From positions 62,001 to 126,000 of the forward strand of contig JAQGDQ010000437.1 of assembly GCA_030141605.1 (NCBI GenBank): a DNA stretch of 64,000 bases. Reading direction: 5' to 3'. Below the pieces are notes generated by a model that was given only the letters and a program-made list of their open reading frames with translations, did no database searches and had not been told where the DNA came from. This DNA comes from Tubiluchus corallicola (Eukaryota; Animalia; Priapulida). A program made the position numbers and the translations under genes. Below, piece after piece: positions 56,597 to 64,000 of the stretch (positions are counted from its first letter, which is position 1; every line of letters begins with the position of its first letter).

Positions 56597-56897
56597 TGGG
56601 TTGAATTTAAAATATCTCATTTCTAACGTTACTCTCTTCACCATAACAACGGGATTTCAATCAGAGAATACATAAAAAAATTGCCCAACATCTCTTTTGA
56701 TTTTGCATAAGAGCTTGCCGAGTTTAGACAAAAATTTAAAAGCAAAGTGAAGTGTGTTGTTATTTATGGGACAACCTATACAGGTTTTTCGAAATTTTAA
56801 CACAACATAATAGTAAGAAATGATATTAAATTAAAGCAGTTCTACTCTTTTTGACATTTTGTAAGATGTGAAAATATGCACCAGCAGAATGTGGAAG

Positions 56898-57147
56898 TAG
56901 ATGTACGACCATAAGGAGTTGTACAAGGAAATATTAAAATAAAATACAGTTTATACACCTGCAAATCAATGAATCCATCGTAGATGTACGACCATAAGGA
57001 GTTGTACAAGGAAATATTAAAATAAAATACAGTTTATACACCTGCAAATCAATGAATCCATCGTAGATGTACGACCATAAGGAGTTGTACAATGAAATAT
57101 TAAAATAAAATACAGTTTATACACCTGCAAATCAATGAATCCATCGT
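56898..57147. repeat. 83-bp tandem repeat, 3 copies
   Basis: tagatgtacgaccataagg at 56898, 56981 and 57064. Confidence 0.92.
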
Positions 57148-59409
57148 CGTGGCTGTAGATCTTCCTGTACTTGACTGAAGGCTCTCCAAAGCCTCCATCC
57201 TTCCGTCTCATTTTTGGAATTAATTGCACAACCCGTAGCAGTTTTTAATATGTAATTGATTTTAGCAGAGGGTGCCCATGTGCTGAAATTAAGAATAAAT
57301 GCTATAAAGTAGAGTAACCACCTATTGTGAAGATACGGGTCAATGCTACCCAAATCTTCATGTTACTAGTGATTTCGTATAATTGAAACATACTATAGCA
57401 CAGAAATATACTAGATTCCCTAAATTCCTTAGATCTAATTGCTTAAAAAAATCTATTAAAGAATCAAAGTTGGCACAGTTTTGGTTTTGCTTGCTATTAA
57501 GCTTTTCTAGTTATTCAAATATCCTGAATCCCCATTTTATGAGGATCATTTTGATACCAAGTTCATCACTCTTTGTTATTTTTAAGCTGAGATAATCAAC
57601 GTTGAAGTTGAGGTGCAGGCTGCACACTGAAAAACGTAATCTTGAGAAAATCGCTGTTAAAGTTGGCCATTGTTTTTGTCACGTTTCTACAAAACACTTA
57701 GCAACCGTACGAAAGTGTGGTTGCTATGGATTTTATAAGAGCAAATTGAAGTCACGTTTAGATCCAGTAGATGGCTCTTCCTGACGAAGATCTGGTCTTG
57801 TTAACAGAAAAAGCTACAATCAGAGTTACATGATACATGCTTTATTACAATTGCAGTACTATCTTCTAGACAGAAAAGTGGGTAAGGAGTTATAAAATTA
57901 GATTTTTAGTATTGTTTGGACATGTTCCTGATAATCTGATGCTAGAATATAAAAGTCCGATATAGTTAATATTTGTTTTCATGAAAAATCGTCAACTGAC
58001 CAAATTTTTGGTGCTTTGTACTTTGAAGCATCATAACGTAGTTTTAACTATGCCGACTTATGGATGATTTTGGTTTGCAAATACACATATTCTATTGTTG
58101 ATCAATCTATTGTTTTTGTTTTTGCCTAATACTGAAGTTAATGTTCAAATTATGCATTTTCTGTTAAGTTAAATTTTAAGTTATCTTTCTTTTTCTTGCT
58201 TTGCATGATTTAGTTCAGAATTGTAAATTTTTGTTATTTAAATTATTTTTACTACGTTCTACAGTATTACGCTTGCAATCATTTAATAGCCAATATAAAT
58301 TTGAATGGGAAACAATGCCAAAATTAATTTTATTCAAGGATGGCTGACTAGATAACCTACGGGTTCTGTGCTGCCCTTCTCATTAGCTGTAATAATATTG
58401 TATGTATTGTTCATGCAGTAATGTGATGATTCTTCCAGAGTTAATAAAAAGAATTGAATTGAAAGTACACAAACTAGGAGCTGTACTAGGAGTAACTAGT
58501 ACAGCATGTAGTTCTAGCAATGTATTATATTAGTACATTATTTTAATCATTAATTACAATATTTTTTTATAGCCAATAACATTTGTACATGTCGAACTAG
58601 CTGCTCCTATACAGATGTCTGTCTGTTTACCACACTTTTTAGATTAAATGTAAGGACCGCACATGTATCAGACAACAGAATCATTAACTTTCTTCAGTCA
58701 TATTTTTGATTTTTGTTTACATTAGTCCAACAAATTGTTCTTCATTTTGCTAGGTTTTAGTTTGGTTTCGATTATGACTTTGTTTTTTTGCCCAAGTTCT
58801 TTATTTATGTTTTTCGTGTATGTATTTATGAGTTTCGCTTAATTTTCTTTTTGTCATGTATTTTGTGCAATTACTATTTGTTTGCATAATTTCCGTTCAT
58901 TTTAAAACAACTGTAAATTCCTTATATAAAGTAAACTGTTGCAACAAGCTATTATTTTTTATAGGCAGCTGACCTGATGACCGTATCGTCCCTTCGCTGC
59001 CCCTTCTCCATTATATAATTTTATTTTCCGTTATAAAATTACAGAAATTGTTGCTTTCTGTGGAGAAAAATAAAGTGAATTGAACTAATTGACCAGATGT
59101 CTTTTCAATTATTTCCGAATTTGAAGCAATAATAGAACACTCTCCAGGATAGATTAAATTGAATATACACAAAATAAATATGACTTCACGAAAAGTATTA
59201 TCAGACCTCGGTACTTAAATTTATATCATACATTCAGCATGACATGTAAAGTAGAAGTAACTAAAAGAATATTTTGAAGTGCACATACGTACTTAGATTT
59301 TTACATGTGTAAGCCTTCTAGCAACGTGGGAAATCTAACGTGTTCACATCATCCTTAACACAAGTAATTACGCCCGACTTCTACGCGGGCGTCACAATAT
59401 AGCAGCACA

Positions 59410-60540
59410 ACATGCTTTCGGAAGACGATAAGAAAAAACACAAGAAAACAAACAAAATCTAGTAGAATTTTGTTGAAACAAAAAAGAGATGTAAGAAGAG
59501 AGTTAAGAAATACTAGTGACGAAAGAAAGTGCAAAGTTTTGTATGTTAGAGAAAAGAGGTTAGAAGAAAATATTATATCAACACAACCAAGAAAGATATT
59601 ATAACCAAATGAATAATACAGGAATAAAAAGCGAATCACAGGCTTAGATGCTAATTCATTTTGGTAATTTAAAGAGAACATGAAAAAGAAAAAAAAGGAG
59701 GATATGATGGGCATGTACAATGAAAATGATTTATAGAAAAGGCTGATGATATTCTTCTAATTGTCTTTCAGAAACACTATGAAAACTTGCTAAAACCAAA
59801 CGAAGCCAGAACAATGAAGAAAAAATGGCTGTAGTGCACATAAATGAGAAGTTGAAATTGCTGGAAAGAGGAGAAAAGAACCAAGTAGAGAAAATAACAG
59901 AACAACAAGAGATCAGAAATGAAATTGAAGGATTAAAGAAAAAGAAAATACCAGATAAGCATCAATGAAGAAATAAAATGTTAATGGATGGTGATGATTT
60001 GAAAAAGGTCATAACATTAATGTTTAACAGAATGTTTGAAACAGGAGCTATTCTTGAGGAGTGGTAAAACAAGAATTAAATCGATGTAATAAAGGGCGGG
60101 GTTCAAAAAGGGAAATGCAGAATAGAAGGGGAATATGTTTAACGAACACAACTAAATTGTATGTTGATTAAGAGAAATAAAAAATCATGAAAAATAATAT
60201 CAGCAATTTGCAGTGCGAAGAAGAAAAAATAGAAGTCCAAGAAATTAAGGTTCCTGAAGATGGCAACTTTTGGAAACCAGTATCATTATAGGGAAATGGG
60301 GAGCCCAGCTGGCATATGCTGCGATGAAAATTAGATTAAATATGGTAGAAGTAAAGAATAATTACAAAGGATCGAACAAATATGAAAATATGTGTCTCTT
60401 GGGTAGGAAGGAAAAAGACACAACGGAGCATCTATTTGTGTGTGAAGATTCAATTCATTTAAACAAAAGAGAAGTGCAAGTCCAAGACCTTGTGCAAACA
60501 AATGTACAATGCTGAGAATAAATAAATGAAAAAAATGATA
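59410..60540 (+). mobile_element. Decayed, internally deleted LINE ORF2
   Basis: NRRGICLTN resembles the RT N-terminal motif; C-terminal RLNMVEVKNNYK...CLLGRKEKDTTEHLFVC is a zinc-knuckle remnant; many stops. Confidence 0.6.
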
Positions 60541-60659
60541 CTGTGCTGTGCCACGCACCTACAGGAGAGTGCCTGCCAGTTTTACTTGGTAGAGATGGTG
60601 CTGTGTGATCACCGTACACACTATGCACCATACTATTGGTGTTAAATCACAGTGAACAC

Positions 60660-61028
60660 TAGGAGTGGGCATATTCTGCCAAAAAGCGAATTCGAATCGA
60701 ATCGAATTTTTGAAATTCAACTCGAATCAAACCGAACTTCGACTCGGGATTGGAATCAAATTGAGAATTCACTTTTAAGACTTTTGAATAAATTTTCAAA
60801 GCATAATAATTAAAAATGGTCTCACAAAGATCATGCTAATTAGTTGATCTTGTTCTGGAGTAAAAACAGCAATAACTTATTCAAAAACTGCGTACAGAAA
60901 TCACAACTACATTTAGCTGATTGCATGATGTTTCAAATATTTTAATGACAAAGAACGTATGTGATCGAATTATTTGAAATAATTTTATGTTCGAATCGAA
61001 TTCATCTAAAAAATTCGAACATTTGATG
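60660..61028 (-). mobile_element. hAT MITE (CGAATTCG family)
   Basis: Reverse complement of 11322-11692. Confidence 0.7.
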
Positions 61029-62359
61029 TGTTTTGTTTCTCTCGCAAGGCTCGTAGAGAAAATCAGAAAACACTTCGTCAAATTAAACTAGTTTATTAAG
61101 CGAGAATTCTACAACACAAAAGTATTAAGGAACACGAAATGATAACACTAAACTTGAAAATCTGGAAAACGTTTGAGTGTATCTGAAAATGCAAGTATAC
61201 AAAAGAATGTGTAAGTGGCGTCCGTGTAAATCTGTGTGTCTCCTGTCAGCTGCCTGCTTCGCCTTATGAAGCGTGCCCAAGAATTTTCTAGAAGTTTCTT
61301 TCCAGAACACTCTACACCACAAGACTATTATTCTAACCGAACATTCTACAATGTTCTATTTAACTGTAATGGATGCCAGCGATCTCCACAACAGCAGCTC
61401 ACATGATAAAAGAACAAACTGAACTTTTATTAATTTGAATTATACAACATTTGTGACGTGTTGTTATCTATGGTTTACATTTTAATGTTTGTGCTCACTA
61501 AGGTTTCCCCTCACTGTTTTAGCGGGCAAGCCACGAGGCGTTACATTCTCTAGACTTATCATGGCAGCAGTCTTTGTGAATAAACAGATTAATAAGCAAG
61601 AAACGTTTATGTTAAATGTTCTATAAAGTTTCTAACAAAGTTACAAATGTTGCCAAGACGTTACAATATTGATGTTTTTAACCAGTGATCACCATTTACC
61701 TGCCTTGCCTCGCATGCAGGCATCATCATGTATGTGAAATGCAAGAGGACATGCTGATTAAAAACCATAATAAATTATTTGTGATTATTAATAATATATA
61801 AATAAAATTTTATTTTTTACATCACAGATACATTTGCAAGACACAAAAAATATGAAAATGTAAGCATATAGGCCCCAGTGCTCAGTCAATATTAGACCTA
61901 CAGCCTTAGATAAAAAAGACACGCAGTCACCAAGGGTGTATAGTCTCAATTAACTAATAAAAGTTACGAAAGAGACCACAATGATGGTTCGCCCAAAAGA
62001 GAAGTTTTGCAAAAAGTTGCTACCACCTCGCTCCTCTGAAACGAAATCAAGAACATAATATTTATTATAGTTGCCTATAAGCAAGCTTTGTTTTACCAAA
62101 TGCCTTGGGGCAATACAACAGTCAAAACAAAAGTTTGCTTAGTAATAGAGAGGACCCTACTGGAACCGACAATTTTACTAAGAGCTAGAAGGAGGGCTGG
62201 ATTAGGGTGCGCAGGTGCCCTAACCACACTCAGCTCCTGGTCATCCGGCTCTCTTTTTGCCGCGAGTCCCCACGTGGACGTTTTGCGACTAACAGCATAC
62301 GTGTTATGTGTTACAATTTATGAATAAAACAAACTCTACCGCCCTGTATAGGATTTTCA

Positions 62360-62540
62360 TGCTTTAGACGGTAGATTAAGATGGTTAGGACATCTTCTAG
62401 GATCACCAAGTAAAGCACCAATAAGAAGCGCCTTAAAAGAAGCCTTAAAACCTTGCAAGAAGACCAGCTGGCAAACCAAAAAACTACTTGGATAGCTCAA
62501 ATAAATAAAGATGTCCAACAACTTCAAACAAATCTATCTT
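62360..62540 (+). mobile_element. RTE-like LINE C-terminal fragment
   Basis: Translates RLRWLGHLL...PIRSALKEAL, the RTE-type RRLRWLGH motif. Confidence 0.5.
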
Positions 62541-62542
62541 TA

Positions 62543-62705
62543 CTATGAACTATGAATTTATTTTCACACTTCAAAATACAATATCATACACATTAATAAA
62601 CTTCAAATAAAATGATTTTAGTGCGAGGTGAGTGTATGACCATACAGTCATTAACACACTCACCTTACTCACCATAATGAAAAAATGATTATAGTTATGC
62701 GTGCT
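62543..62705 (-). mobile_element. LINE 3' end, second copy of 21990-22183
   Basis: Reverse-complement match including the hairpin and tail. Confidence 0.6.
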
Positions 62706-62829
62706 TCTGTAGATAAATCAATGTAATGAAGGATGAAGTAAATGATGTAATAAATGGGCTATGGTGGGGGGGGGGGGTAATAATAAAAATATAAGTGATT
62801 CATTAGCAAAATTAATATATATATATATA

Positions 62830-63835
62830 TAATAATCTTTATTTGCCATTAAAAACATTGATAATCACTGATAAAAACTTTATAGAGATAATCAATCAGT
62901 GTTAGTTAATAAAAACTTACACTGCTGAAGGCAAATGCGTCAGTGCAATCTAAACTACTGTGCAGTAATGACGAATAAAATCAAACATATTTACAACTAT
63001 ACACAAAAAAATATAAAAAAAAACTATGATTTAATTAATATGGCCGTGGGTATATGAATTCGGAATTAGTGTGTATGTTGTCGTACTGGTGTGATGGTAT
63101 TTCATATCTGGTTAATATTAGTGATTTTAATTTTGTTTTAAATGCTGATAGGGACTTGATTTGTTTAACCTGTAATGGTAGAGAATTCCAAAGTAAAATT
63201 GCTTGTTTGATTACAGAGTTCGTTCCATAGTGGGTATTTGTCCTAATTTGTTTTAGATTGCTTGTTCTGGAATTAACGATAGGATTTGGAAAAAAGGTAA
63301 ATCTGTTATTCTGGAATGGTTTGCTGATGTTGTTAATGTATTTAAATATAAAAAGCAGAGTAAAATATTCTTTGTGTGCTTCAATGATTGGGAATTTTAA
63401 AGTTTTTCTCAGGTTAGTTGTTGAAGCTTTGAATTTTTGTCTACCTGCCTTGTGTTTGTATGAGTACCCAGCTATCAATCTCAACGCATAGTTTTGAAGG
63501 AGATTTAATTTTAAGTAATTTTCTCTTTTGGTTTTTTGAAGTAGCGTACATCCATATAAGAAGTGTGGTAGAACTAAAGTTTTATATATTAGTGTTTTAG
63601 TTTCCTTTGTTAGTTGCCCTTTAACTTGTCGGAGATATGATGTGCTAGATGCCATTTTTGTGTATATGTTATTAAAGTGATCATCCCATGAAAGATTATT
63701 GTCTACTTGTATGCCCAGGAATTTAACATTGTTAGTTTGTTTGATTACAGCATTATCTATTGTCAAAGTGGTTGATGATGCATCATTAGTATTTAATGAG
63801 GGTGACAGTATCATGAATTCTGTTTTGTGATTAGA
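62830..63835 (-). mobile_element. 5'-truncated CR1/L2-group LINE (RT C-terminus and 3' UTR)
   Basis: 259-aa ORF with VKFLGIQVDNNLSWDDH, YKTLVLPHFLYGC and WNSLP...FKTKLK motifs; AATAAA and (TA)n downstream on the minus strand. Confidence 0.85.
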
Positions 63836-64000
63836 GTAACATTGTAACTAATGTTACAATAATATACACAAAATTTTTTGTATCACTGGTATTTGCTGGT
63901 TATAAGGTAACAGCATTTTCCAAATGGAAACAGATACAGATATCGGCTGCGATGAATGAATAAATTCATTTTAATCGATTTATACCTTTTATTAATAAAG

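Noticed and set aside
55892-56626. 244-aa repetitive ORF (also 27704-28102, 23485-23979, 13904-14147 and the microsatellite ORFs)
   Set aside because: Products of tandem repeats whose periods are multiples of 3 or 2; no splice or domain support.
57140-57355. Coding fragment (KDGGFGEPSV) on the minus strand
   Set aside because: Only weakly resembles the GGLG motif of LINE ORF2; too short and broken to call.
58964-59003. Hammerhead ribozyme (CTGATGA inside a ggcagc/gctgcc stem)
   Set aside because: No GAAA or stem II in the required position; more like a LINE 3'-UTR stem-loop followed by AATAAA and a short tail.
61028-61393. Second solo LTR (tgtg...caaca) abutting a hAT MITE
   Set aside because: TG...CA ends can be drawn, but I found no TSD and no second copy.

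Overview
AT-rich, repeat-dense invertebrate (metazoan) genomic DNA, not prokaryotic. The only host protein-coding gene I can support is a + strand HSPA12A/B-like atypical HSP70. I reconstructed it by hand as 12 phase-consistent GT-AG exons (21245-49471, about 1505 aa). Its N-terminus is unusually long because of a 2328-nt symmetric (phase 1-1) giant exon that carries tandem PPxY motifs, DSG degron-like motifs and a 30-aa repeat. The rest is mobile and tandem DNA: a 5S-rRNA-headed SINE family (4 copies, 2 with target-site duplications, TSDs), hAT, piggyBac-like, Kolobok-like and Tigger/pogo MITEs with visible TIRs and TSDs, a solo LTR, decayed LINE fragments, and about 20 mini- and microsatellite arrays. 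The best leads are the giant-exon isoform; a GC-rich, stop-free 185-nt intron; a 103-bp tandem repeat that multiplied a real splice donor into five potential 9-nt microexons; a satellite carrying eight CTCF-like motifs; and the modular 5S SINE. No database searches were run; family assignments come from motif recognition.
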